A stretch of 64,000 nucleotides of DNA, taken from Oikopleura dioica. Its lineage: Eukaryota > Animalia > Chordata. A program made the translations under genes and the position numbers. Positions 20,993-33,211 of the stretch are shown here, piece by piece; the stretch's first letter is position 1, and each line of letters opens with the position of its first letter. A model generated the notes under the pieces. That model was not told the origin of the DNA, made no database searches, and saw only the letters and a list, made by a program, of their open reading frames with translations. The DNA lies in NCBI GenBank assembly GCA_907165135.1, contig OU015570.1, forward strand, positions 868,001 through 932,000, in the 5' to 3' direction.

Positions 20993-21962
20993 CAGTTTTT
21001 TTCCTCTTTTGTGGACCCCAAGTTTGTGGACATTTTTTCCATTTTAAGGCCTTTAACCGCGTGGGACGAATCCGCGCGTATGAGCGCGGGACGAATTGTA
21101 CATTCCATTGTAGTTTAAGCGAAAACTTGAATAACTCGCGACTCGCTCATCCGATTCCCGCCAAATTTACAGACAATACTAAATCGAATACAGGCTTTCA
21201 TAATTTCAACTTAAATTTCCGTTTTACTGTCTGCAAACCTCATTCTCATATTACTTGTAGCTCTTGTTTTGACCGTTTGAGTTGATTTCGCATTGAATTT
21301 TTGTAAATATTATTCAAAATTCGAAATCTCCAGTATCGAAAACCTATATTTTCAATTTGAAAAAATAAAAATCCCAATTGAGACCTGAATTACGAGTGAG
21401 AAAAGGAGCGCAGCGCGAAGTAGGTCAGAGTTAATCCGCTGCAGAGCGCTGGTGGTGCGCGATAATTCGGTGAAATTTTAAAGAGCGAGAGATTAAGGAT
21501 GTGCAAAGGCGCATTTCAATTTTCAGATCTATACGATCAGTAGTTTTTGAACTAGGGCTCTACAAAGTCTTAAACTACATTGGAATGTACAATTCGTCCC
21601 ACGCGGTTAAGTGGGACACTTTATAAAAGATGCTGTTCCAAGTTTGTGGACATTTTTTCGCGGAAAGAAATAAAAAAGACAATTTTTTTTGTGTTGAGAT
21701 TAATTCTCGCTAATCAAGATCGAGTTGTTCATTGTTTACGAAAAAAAAACAACATTAAAGGTTGAACTAGAGACAAAGGGGCCTTTGTCAGTCTTTCAGG
21801 AGCATAAATGCAAAGTCTAGAAAACCATTCGGCGTACTCAAATCTCAAAAAAAAAATTTAGCGATTTCGATGGGACATTTTTTCGGAAGACGTTGCCCAA
21901 GTTTGTGGACATTTTTCGAAAATTTTGGGACAAAAAATGTCCACAAAAGAGGAAAAGAACTG
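20993..21962. mobile_element. ~410-bp TA-flanked MITE carrying a 550-bp insert
   Basis: TIR CAGTT(T/C)TTTTCCTCTTTTGTGGAC; homologous to 24088-24493 and 48287-48948. Confidence 0.9.
21057..21606. mobile_element. piggyBac-like MITE A
   Basis: Perfect 15-bp TIR CCGCGTGGGACGAAT, subterminal inverted repeat, TTAA at 21053-21056 and 21607-21610. Confidence 0.9.
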
Positions 21963-23731
21963 TAAGTATAAAAAACCAGAGCAGGAATTTGACTAGCGTC
22001 AGGAGACCGGTACCAGGGTACTTTATTTATGCCCTATTATAGTACAAATTTTTGAAAAACGTCGCATTTAGTAAAAATTTAAAAATAGGGACGAATTTAG
22101 TAGAAGTCTCGTTGGAAAATACACATTCTAGAGATTGTTTCGCAAAAAAAGGCCGACAATAGTACAAATCCGACTTTAGTACAAATCCGACAATTATTAC
22201 CAGAGTTCGAAATCTGGTAGAAAATCCGTGCTCCCGCTCCCTCCCTGCTCCCTCACCCTGAAAAAAGGGAGCTCCCTCGAAAAAAACCCACGCTCCTGCT
22301 CCCTCCCTGCTCCCAAAAAAGGGAGCTCCCTTTGGGAGCTCCCAATTTTGCTCCCTTTTTTCAAATTTCAAAAATTTTCGAAAGTTTTTCATTTTATTAA
22401 GTAAACTCTAAGTAGCAACACCATCGTTGTTATGGTTATTGCATATCGATTTCGGCCCTTTAGACCATCTTCAGTGCAAAGAGAACTAGAAAAAGAGGAA
22501 ATGTAACCCAATTGTAAACTCCTTTCTAAGCAAATATCTTCAAGCAAAAGTCCTCCGGAGGATTTTCCCAAGGCTGAAATATCGTATTTCAACCTCGAAA
22601 ACCTTAAATATCTTACGATTCCCAACTCGACAAAGAGTGATTGACACTCCTATTTGTAGATTAGACTCTGCGCTATTATAATCAAGAAAGTTTTACGCTT
22701 CAAGTACAACTTTACTGTCTTAAAATCTTGATTGAAATTCATAGAAAGGTGAAATTTTGGCGGTTGTTGAACTTTGAACGGGAATTTTTCCAAGAAAACC
22801 CTGATGAAATTCAATCAATGATCTCTTAAAATGAAGCTTAGAGTCTGCTCTTTAGGTTTAATAATCAAGCGATCAAAAAATGTGACTACAGTAAAATTTT
22901 TCTTAATAAAAACAATGATAACCCAAAAAAACTCTCGAAAATCCTCAAAATTGCCTGTAAATTTTTTCTAGTTAGGTTTCAAGCTTCACTGTAATGGAAT
23001 AAAATATGTTTTTTGACCTGAAGAATTCGATAAAAGTGAAATGGGCGAATAAAAAAATCTGACCCTGATCCATGCCGGACCCTATTATATAGCGATGATA
23101 AAGAAAGTATAAATTGGCATAATGGCAAATAGGCGAATTTCGTGAATGACTTCAATGTTTTCTTATTAAAATTATATAACCAAATCTAGGTCAATTTAAG
23201 GCTATTTATTTATATCAAATTTCAGACGAGACATTTAAAAATAAATCGAAACAAAAAATGTCTCTTCTAATAAAAATCTGAGCAAATACGGTATCTTAAT
23301 TAGTAATTATGCTTATCATCTGAGAAAAATACATTTTGTTGAAATTATTAAAGTCAAACTAGATGTGATTTTGGCTATATATTTATATGAAATTTTAAAA
23401 GAGACGTTTCTAAATATATCTAGTCAGAAAAACGTCTCTTCTAAGAAAAATACTATAAAGTTAGCGTTTCTCATTTTTCGGTGCGCAGAGTAGATTCTGG
23501 ACTAAAAATTGTTGAGCTCCCAATTTACTCCTGCCCTGGAAACCTGTGCTCCTGCTCCTTCGCTCAGTGCCGTTATAATCTCCAGAACATGAAAAAGTCT
23601 CTAGACTTTTTCAAAAAATTCTCTAGATACTCCTTTACCGGTGCCCTTTCTGTCAAATTTTACTCACTCGGGCTCTGTCCCGTTTCACCGTAAGTTAATT
23701 GTACTTTTTCTGTATTTATCGATCCAGTCAG

Positions 23732-23768
23732 TTGCCTGAAGATGGCCTTGAAGGCCGAAAGCTTGCAA
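23732..23768 (+). ncRNA. orphan minimal type I hammerhead ribozyme (probable Penelope-like 3' end)
   Basis: UUGC CUGAAGA U GGCC uugaa GGCC GAAA GC U U GCAA, then AAUAAA at 23768-23773, with U-rich sequence upstream. All core positions and stems intact. Confidence 0.78.
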
Positions 23769-24087
23769 ATAAAATTTCAAAAACTACATTATTGAAGACG
23801 TCAACCCAAATAACCAAATCCGACAAAAGTACAAAAATAATATTTGTACTAAAGTCGGATTTCTACTAAAATCGCTCCCGTCGCCCAATAACACGAAGAA
23901 CCTGAATATGTCGCGAATGTCACGAATGTAACGAAGGTCACGAAAACATGTCTTCTTCGTGAGATATTCAGGAAAATTCTAGTTCTTTTTCTTTATAAAT
24001 TCGATTTAGAGCTGGTATTATGAAAAATTATACAAAATTAAATTCTATTCAGTCCTTTTTGACTTTTTTGCTCTTTTAATTATATTA

Positions 24088-24493
24088 CAGTTCTTTTCCT
24101 CTTTTGTGGACATTTTTGTCCCAAAATTTTCGAAAAATGTCCACAAACTTGGGCAACGTCTTCCGAAAAAATGTCCCATCGAAATCGCTTAAATTTTTTG
24201 AGATTTGAGTACGCCGAATGGTTTTCTAGACTTTGCATTTATGCTCCTGAAAGACTGACAAAGGCCCCTTTGTCTCTAGTTCAACCTTTAATTTTGTTTT
24301 TTCGTAAACAATGAACAACTCGATCTTGATTAGCAAGAATTAATCTCAACACAAAAAAATTGTCTTTTTATTTCTTTCCGCGAAAAAATGTCCACAAACT
24401 TGGAACAGCATCTTTTATAAAGTGTCCCACTTAAAGGCCTTAAAATGGAAAAAATGTCCACAAACTTGGGGTCCACAAAGAGGAAAAAAACTG
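24088..24493. mobile_element. empty-site copy of the ~410-bp MITE (reverse orientation)
   Basis: Single TTAA at 24431-24434 where the other two copies carry inserts. Confidence 0.9.
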
Positions 24494-25782
24494 TATATAA
24501 TATAATTTATAATAAAGGCCATATTTCCATCAGAGTAACAGGGTTGCCGACATGTTTGTCGAAAATTATTTTTCAAAGAATGAAAGAAAGAATCACCATG
24601 AGTTCAATTCAAAGAGCATACATGTATTTTGGAAAAAGCCAAGATTCATACTTGGGTCGGCAAAAGAAATATGCGATAACTCTGTGAACCTTCATTTATC
24701 ATTTGTTGTCCCGAGAAAAAGAAAAATTGCTGTCATCCAATTCGAGACAAAAATATCAATTTTAAGGCCACTTTTGAAATTCGCTGTGATCCGAAAATCG
24801 GCCTTAAAAGTGCTTCTCACTGTCATGAAGCTCCGAAATATAGCTTCCTCAAAGAAATTTCTAGAATGGACTTAAAACAAAACAACATGTTTTGGCTTTC
24901 GTGACATATTCAGGAATCGTGACATCCGTGACATATTCAGTGGCGACGCACTAACAAGATGTTTGTCTTATGTTACAAGTTATGTAGTTAAATCGAATTC
25001 CTTGATTTTTCTTATCCTTTTTATCATCTTTTTTTATCATCTTTTTCTTATCATCTTTTTCTTATCATCCTTAAAATGCTTATAAAAAATATATTAAATC
25101 ATTTATATGAACAACTGGATTTTCCCCTGCGCCGCCTGGAGTCAGGTATAATTTATACCTAATTTTTCGAAACCTGTAAAATCTCCATTTATAAAAATAA
25201 GAGTCAAAATACAATTCCTTGAGAAGAAAGTATCACGAAAAACTTCTTTATGAAGCCTAGGCTAGGGAGACCGGGGGCTGTTTCCTTACACCGACCTGGT
25301 CGGTGCAAGGATAATCGTATTGTTATGATATTGTAAGGATATGAATCATCATATCATATGATCGGTCCATCTTTATCCTTACACCGACCAAATCCAAACA
25401 CCAACCCTATCCTTATTAGAACATTTTTGTCGTTAGAAGAAGTAGGAAACAGAGGATGATGGAGATTTTTCTCAAAAAAATTTTTTTAAGCGATTTGGAT
25501 GGGACATTTTTTGGCAGCGTGTATCAAATATCACTTTAACCGGCGCTAGAGGCGTACAAACAAAGCAAACTAGGTATACCCCTTAACTTCTCAATACACG
25601 GGGTCGGTAAAACCGACCACGGCGGATTTGGCCCCCAATTACTTCAAAGGTGGTAATCCTTTTGACCTAATTTTGGAATGAGCACTTGCATGAACAAACC
25701 GAACCACTCTGACGCGCTTTTTTAAGGTTGGGGTATTTAAATCTCGCACTAACTTCTTTTTGGGCCCGGAACACCATATATA

Positions 25783-26229
25783 TTTAGAATCAGTAGGAAA
25801 TCTAGAAACTTGACCATAACCGATTCTCAAAAATCACTTCTGGTAGCGATTCTAGAGCCGGAAGTTGATGAAAATTGGTAGTAATGCTAGAGTGAGACCT
25901 ATCAAATTAATGCTCAGAAGATTTTGACTCATCCTAGAATAAATATATCAGAAGAAACAGTCTCAATCGTGGTCAAACCCACCGGTAAAATCATGTTAAA
26001 AAGACATAAAATGATGAAATTCTTTTCAGTTTTTTCGGTTGGTTTGATCCCCTTTGGTGTCGATTCTTTTCTTAAATGATAGGAAATCGTCTGAGCATCA
26101 ATTTGATAGGTCACACTTCACCCTAACACCTAAATTTCATCAATTTCCGGCTCTAGAATCGCTACCGGAAGTGATTTTTGAGAATCGGTTATGGTCAAGT
26201 TTCTAGATTTTTCTTACTGATTCTAAATA
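25783..26229. mobile_element. fold-back MITE (arms >100 bp) inserted at TA in the left TIR
   Basis: TTTAGAATCAGTA...GATGAAA inverted; host TIR resumes at TACCGTTGCG. Confidence 0.75.
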
Positions 26230-27439
26230 TACCGTTGCGCTCTCACTTTTTAGGCGGTGAAAAATCTGGGTCTGAAGCCCTCTCAGACCGAGATTTAGCG
26301 CGAGGCGTGTATTTTCTGAGACGTACAACACCTACCACACTCCCCGCAGCTCAGAGCTTTGCCGAGCGCGCACCAATCAGAGCGCGGAGTGAAATAAGCG
26401 CCCTCACTCGGAAATAAAATCAAGAATCAAAGTTTATTAAAATAAACGGTTTTTGACAGTGTTGATGAATTAAAAACTTATTTTTGCTTAAAAGGCGGTT
26501 GTTTTTATACATAATAATAATATAGTTACATATAATAAAGTTTAAATAAATTGATCGATTAAATTTTATTGGCTTTTCCACACTCAATCCCGGCTTCACC
26601 CACTTCAATCTTTGCTTCAACAACTTCGATCCTAGCTTAACAGACGTCAATCCTGGTCGCTCCAGCGTCAATCCCGGCTTCTTAAGATCCGATCGGGGCG
26701 TCACTTTCTTCAATCCTAGCTTCTCAGATCCCAGTCCCGGCTTTTCAGTTGTCTATTATTTCTTCTTGAATAATGATCATGGCTTCTCCAAGATTAAATT
26801 GACGCCGTGATTGAAACTGATGAAGCTGGGATTAACGCTGAAAAAGTCGGTATTGACGTCAAAGATTCTTTGACAAAGAACCCGGGATCGACATTCGAAA
26901 ATCCAGAATCGGCAGACTCCTGAATTGGCTATTTAAGAAACTCAGGATTTTGAGAAATCCAGGATTTGAGAAATGCGGGATTTTGGGAAATGCGGGAGCA
27001 GAAAAAGAAAAGGGTTGAAAATTCCAGCGGCGAGAAGCAAAAAAAATTTGGCGAGAAAAAAGCAGTCAAAATCGCGTTAATGAAGAACCATTTTCGTGGA
27101 AATGCACCAAAAAACGCATTTTTACAATTATAATTATTTCAACCCAATATCTCATTTTAATCAAATAATTTGAGGCTCAACAATGTCCGTGCGAGACCCA
27201 TTTTGGCAAAAACCGTGGGGAGCTCTTAAAAAGAAAAATAAAAGAAAGACCATAAGTCTTTTGAAAACTGGGACAGTTGGAATTTTATATACGATGGGTG
27301 AGGGCGGGGTTGGGGACTTCACTGAGATTGATCACCTCAGAGTTCCCAGCCATTGTCAAGCCCCTTAAATTAAAAATCAAGAATCGGGGCTGAGACGGCC
27401 CGAAGGGCCGTCAAGCCCTTAAATTTAAAAATTAAAAAG

Positions 27440-27830
27440 AGTGAGCTGAGTGAACTGATTTTCGAAAATGAATTTATCTGCTCAGCTCTGCTCAGACAAT
27501 TATCACTCAGCTCAGCTTAGGCTAGCTCAATTATTCACGAACATGATCTATTCTGCTTAGCTTAGCTTAGCTCAGACAAGTTTCATTCAGCTCAGCTTAA
27601 GGATTATAACATATTTTCACTACTTAAAAACAGTAAAATACAGCTCAACCCAGCTCACTCAGCTCAGCTCACCTCTAATTAGGGTGCGCTCAGCTAAGCT
27701 CAGCTCAATAACCTCTCAAAATGGCCAGCTCAGCTCAGCTCAGTGAGCTCCAAAATTGGCGTGCTCAGCTCAGCTCAGAGAATTTATCACTCATGGCAGC
27801 TCAGCTCAGCTCATTAAAAATAAAGCCAAA
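27440..27830. repeat. (AGCTC)n-rich degenerate satellite
   Basis: Repeated CAGCTCAGCT motifs. Confidence 0.8.
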
Positions 27831-28768
27831 TTTGCAACTCTGGTGGGAGATGGGAGCTGAGATTTTTGAAAATTTCGAGCTCTTATCTTAATCCTGGGTT
27901 AATCGATTTCTATCTGGGCTTTTCCAGCGGCTATCCAATCTTGGGAAGTCATGATCGACATTCGAGAAGCATGATTTGCAACTGAGAAGCCGAGACTGAG
28001 GTCTTAGAAGCTAGGATTCAAGTAAATGACGCTTGGATCGGCATAATGAAGCCGGGATCGACGCTGGAGATGCAATAATTGACGTTTGAGTCACAAGGAT
28101 TGACGTCTGAAAGCTATGATCGAAGTTGTTGAAGCCGGGATTGAAGTTGATGAAGCCGGGACTGACTGTGGAGAAGCCAATAAAAACAGTTTTATCGTCA
28201 ATCATTGATTGACAATCAATCTAAATTAATTCGCATCGCCGTTAGCCAAAGGCGACTATTTTGTTTATAAGAGGATGAAAAAGGTATATCAATAGAGCCA
28301 GCATAAATATGCAGAAAAAACTGCACAAGAAAATGTCTTTTTACTAAAATAAATTTATCAAAGAAGAGTTCCTAATTAACAAAGGAAGATTTTTTGCATT
28401 CCTAGAGCGCGCTGCTCCTTAGCGCCCCCACAAGGCCGACCCTCAAGTCAATTTTTCCCCTGCTTCGAGATGTTACGTCATTCCGAGTAATAACCACACC
28501 GCAGGCTCAAGTGAAAGTGCGCCTGAATTTTTAGCGCACCGCCCCGCGAGTGAAATCGCAACGGTATATGGTGTTCCGGGCCTAAAATGAAGTTAGTGGG
28601 AGATTTAAATACCCCAACCTTAAAAAAGTTAACGTATACAATAGCGCGCCCAGTCAACGGGTTAATAAACTGATGATTTTATGCCAAAATCTGGAGATAA
28701 TTTAGACTCCCGCTACTGACACCCTTTATTATGAGTTCTCATTTTTCTGGTGGTCAGAGTATTTAAAT

Positions 28769-29189
28769 AACATAGGTCATTCCCTTGTTACCAGGATAAA
28801 CATCGGCGAAAATCAAAATTTAGCAGGATAGACCTCTGGCAAAGGGCACCCTCGGTAGCAGCATAAACTTTGGCAAAAGGGGTAATTGTCAGCAGGGTAA
28901 ACTTTGGCACTCAATTAACAGGGTTGAATGAATCAGCATTGCTCCCTCACGGAGCGGGTTTGAATGGCGCGCACAAATGGGCTATGATTTCCGCCGCTGA
29001 TTTCACGCTGGAGGCGTTCACTTATGATTGACCTACCCTGTTAATTGAGTGCCAAAGTTTACCCTGCTAACAATGACCCCTTTGCCAAAGTTTATGCTGC
29101 TTACGAGGGTGCCCTTTGCCAGAGGTCTATCCTGCTAAATTTTGATTTTCGCCGACGTTTATCCTGGTAACAAGGGATGACCTTTGTTA
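28769..29189. mobile_element. fold-back element with ~150-bp arms
   Basis: CCCTTGTTACCAGGATAAAC...CACTCAATTAACAGGGT inverted around a ~115-bp spacer. Confidence 0.8.
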
Positions 29190-29600
29190 CCGTTGTTTTC
29201 CATCTTAAGAGCGCCCAACTTAAGAGCGTTTTTAAGATTTTTATTCAAAATCAAAAAATTTTTAGACTCACAGTGAATCATTTATTAAAAAATTTGTAAT
29301 CTTTGACTGCTTTTCTGGACATTTCGAAGTCAAAGGTTTTGCAGTGTCGGTGCTCTCTGTCACTTGAACTTGAGGCTCTTCTTCAATCTCCTTCGGGGTC
29401 GCGGCTTGTGTTTCATCAATTTGAAGCGCCAGGAAATGCTCGATCAGATTTTCCTCCATAATTCTTCTTTCAATAAAGCTCCATCACACTCTTCCTACCA
29501 TCTCTTCGTTTTGGCGCCTTCACTAGAATCTGCCGATATTCTTTCTTCTCTGCAAAGGAAATGTGAATTCTTTTCTCGTTTCCTGCAATCTTTTCCCTAA
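29190..29600 (-). mobile_element. family F 3' end (uninterrupted copy)
   Basis: EHFLALQIDETQAATP...KQSKITNFL and TIR CCGTTGTTTTCCATCTTAAGAGCGCCC. Confidence 0.7.
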
Positions 29601-31395
29601 AATTTTTGCTAAGCGGGGAACCACTTAAGAGTTTTTTGTGACCACTCTCTCATTTTATGTTTTCGAAAATATTTCGTTTCAAATTTCCTTTCACCAATAA
29701 AATTCTTAAAATGGTAGGTGTTTAAATTTGGCGGGTGTAAGGATATGGTCGGTGTAAGGATGTTGGCTCTCGAATGACTGCAAACACACAAACACGGTCT
29801 AGCGTAGGAAAAAGTACTGGTATATTTGTAGTGCTCCGAAGAGCAAGCGAGAACAAAGTGAGAAAAGTGCAGAGCGCTCTGCAATAAATACGTAGCGTGA
29901 GGAAAACATAAAAAAAGATCGTATCATGATCGGCTTCTTTCGAGAACCACGACAAGGATATGATCGGTGTAAGGAAACATCCCGCGGGTCTCCTTCTTTT
30001 ATTTTCTCATATAAACAAAGCTTTACGGCATTCGAATTTCCGCCTACTTTTTATGATCCTCATCAATATCTTTCGACATATTTTGGAATAAGAATTTCGT
30101 TCCGCCATCATCCTTATCTTGTTAAATTTTCACAATTAACTGCATCATGTTAACTTTATTGCAGATTTATTTTTGTCCCAACTGATTTATTCCAATCTAT
30201 TTTTCGGGTCATTCTATGGCCTATTAAGTTTCCCTGTGCTCTGATGATAATTTTGATGGATCAGAAAGTTGCCAAGCGCGAAGTGTATAAAGGCCGTCTA
30301 CGCCAAAAGTAAGGCTGGATTTGGGGCGCACTGACTATGTCGTCGAATGTCGTCGAATGTCGTCGAATGTAGTCGTTTTTTCTGAAATTCAAAAAATAAA
30401 AGAAAAATTTTAAATTTTGAAAACAAAGCGTTCTAGAGATTCCAATTAGCCGAACAGTCGGTTGCTCTTAGCAAGAGCGAGAGTTGGGCCCCGCCAACCT
30501 AATGAGTTCTCTACCAGAATATGCGCGCGTAAGGGCCTTTGGCCCGTCGCGTGCTCATCAAATTGATGACTTTGGCTCATTTTGGACGTTTCTAGGGCTC
30601 ACGGCCGAGTATCGAATGTTTTACACATTTCCATGATTATTTTCTAGAATACACTTGTTCTTGAAATTTTGTTACTTTTCGCCAAAAACGACGACATGCG
30701 ACGACATAGTCAGTGTCGACCCTGGATTTTGAGCCACGGGGCAGGTTGTAGCATCCTGAATGCTACGCGCTCGGCAACGGGTTAACGATCATTTTTACCA
30801 GAAACTAACAATTAAAAAGTACCAGTCCACAATTGGTACCCATTACCAAAAAATGTCAGGATACGGAGCCAAAATTTATTTAAAAAGGTTTATTCGGTTA
30901 ATAAATGGAGTTTCCTCACACTTCAGCCGCGGAGCCGGCATTAGTTTATTGATGAGTCAGAAAAAATGCTTGACTTTTGTTCCGGGTTCCAATTTGGTAC
31001 TGGCACCGTCCGTCTCCCTTAAAGCCCATGTAATTTTCTCAAGGTTCACCCTTATGCGCAAAATTAAAACAGTAATAACAAACAATACGGGTCATACAAA
31101 CAAACACTCCTTGCCCGCGCCCAGTGGTTATAACAGCCCAAAACAGCGTAAGCACTGACTATGGTCCGAATGGTTCGAATGGTAATTGTGAGGAGAAATG
31201 TCGGGCAGACTCAGAGTAAGATTCTTATACTCGTCCTTGACTACGACCTTTACGTAACTACTGTAACATCATGCATCAAGTTCATGCACAACTGCATAAA
31301 TACGGCACCGGGTGCCGCAATAAACCAGTCTCTATTCCATGACATCTTAGCCCGGCATTTCTTCCTCTTACAGTAATGGATTACCAAAAATGGTA

Positions 31396-32122
31396 CCTCG
31401 TGTACCTGATTTAATGCCGCTTTTTGGCACCAAAATTTCGAAAATCCGGTATTAAATTGGAATCGTATGGTTGCCGATCTTGAAATTGATTTGGTCGAGA
31501 TTTTTGGTTATTAATAGAGTCTGTAGGCAGAGTTTTTGTTAACTGCTTTTGATTTTAAGCGATACTACTCAAAACAACATAATGGACAATCAAAAAGGGC
31601 AATTTACAGACGAAATAATTCTGCATTATATTAGAAATAATTCTGCATTATATTAGCATTATATTAGACGAAACAACTTCTATCAAAGAAGGCGCGAGAG
31701 TAGAGTCTCTTTCTGAAAGTCCGTCATCCTCAAAAATAAGTTCCCTACAAGAAGTCGCCCGCAGGGACCGTAGCCCGAAGCGTGCTCCCTATCGGGAACC
31801 CTCGACTCGATTGAACACTATGTAGAATAGCTCTGAATTTGTGCACAATAGTTCTACATTTGTGCAGAATAGTTCTGCATTCGGCAGAATAGTTCTGTTG
31901 AGCGCAGAATAGCTCTTCTTTTTGCAGAATAGTGCCATTTTTTGCAGTGTAGTTCTACATGCAGAAAAGTTTCGACCACCTCTCCGAAAAAAGCGGCATT
32001 AAATTGGAATTTGCAGGTTACCGATTTTTCAAAAAAAGCGGCATTAAATTGGAATTTGCAGGTTACCGATTTTTCAAAAAAAGCGGCATTAAATTGGGCG
32101 GCATTAAATCGGGTACCCGAGG
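31396..32122 (+). mobile_element. internal-deletion derivative related to the pogo element at 62.6 kb
   Basis: TIR CCTCG(T/G)GTACC(T/C)GATTTAATGCCGC at both ends with TA; left end homologous to 62556 onward. Confidence 0.8.
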
Positions 32123-32234
32123 TAATGCATTACCAATTGGTTATTTAGACGAGCGTTTCTCCCAAATCGTCCAGCAAAAAAAGGAAAATACAGTGAAAAT
32201 CCATTTTAAGGCCGATTTTTGGATGACAGCGAAT

Positions 32235-33211
32235 CAGGGGTCTGGATTCGCTTTGCGAAATCGCCATATAGCGAAGCGAAGCGAGGCGAAGCGAATTCGC
32301 TTCGCTTCGCTTTCGCTTTTGAAAATTTCAATTCGCTTCGTTTCGCTTTCGCTTTTCAAAAAAATTTCGATTAGCTATTATTTGATAATTAAAATATTAA
32401 AATCTTTTCAAATAAATCCAAAGCTTTCTTCTCGAAACCCCTAAAACCATCATTTTTGGTCATATCCAGCCACTAGGATTAAGAAAAATCATAAACATGA
32501 GCAGAAGTTTCAATTTGAGTCGGAAGGAGCACAAGTGTACAAGACATCTGTGAGAATTGAGCTCATCTGCTACATTTTGATCATAGTTTTGCGTTCATAG
32601 GGTCGGGATTTGCTCCTGGAGCGAGGTACATAAGGTATGTAGGCTGGGATAAGAAGATAGTTTAGAGATGATCAGTCTCAGTTCTATCCCCAACCCCACC
32701 CACACCCATTTTTTAATGAACCCCAGTTCATTCATCCCGAATTTAAATTATGGTTTTACATAGTATTCTGTGGGGCCTTTCATGACTTCAAATGAATTAC
32801 CATAGCAAATTATTTTATAGCAAAATTTTGTTAACGTGACGAGAAATTTTCTGAATGAAGAATTCCCTTCAAGAAGATTATTCTTCTTTCAATTTAAAAT
32901 TCTTCCACCAGGAGGGGTCCTCCAGGCATGAAAAAACGAGGCAAATGCTCGCTTGGTGTCGCTAATTCGGGCTTTAGTTTTCGGGGCAATCATCAAAAAT
33001 CATCGGTATAAAGAAAAAATGAATTTTATTCATCCAAAAAATGATGAAAAAATTTCGCTTTTTTTCGCTTTTCAAAGAAAATTTTCGCTTCGCTTCGCTT
33101 TCGCTTTTGAAATTTTAATTCGCTTCGCTTCGCTTTCGCTAAAATTTTTTAAAAAATTTTCGCCTTCGCTTCGCTTTCGCTTTTCACTTTCGGGCAAAAT
33201 CCAGACCCCTG
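32235..33211. mobile_element. hAT-like MITE with GCGAA/TTCGC subterminal arrays
   Basis: TIR CAGGGGTCTGGATT; AGCGAAT(C) duplicated on both flanks. Partial copy at ~59459 and ~59755-59940. Confidence 0.8.

Larger units (their letters stand above)
25726..28619. mobile_element. 2.9-kb TTAA-flanked element with long TIRs (Kolobok-like) hosting nested repeats
   Basis: GGTTGGGGTATTTAAATCTC... inverted at both ends; TTAA at 25722-25725 and 28620-28623. Confidence 0.75.

Noticed and set aside
30330-30714. CACTG...CAGTG element as CACTA superfamily
   Set aside because: TIRs are real but no target duplication could be read, so the superfamily is unsupported.
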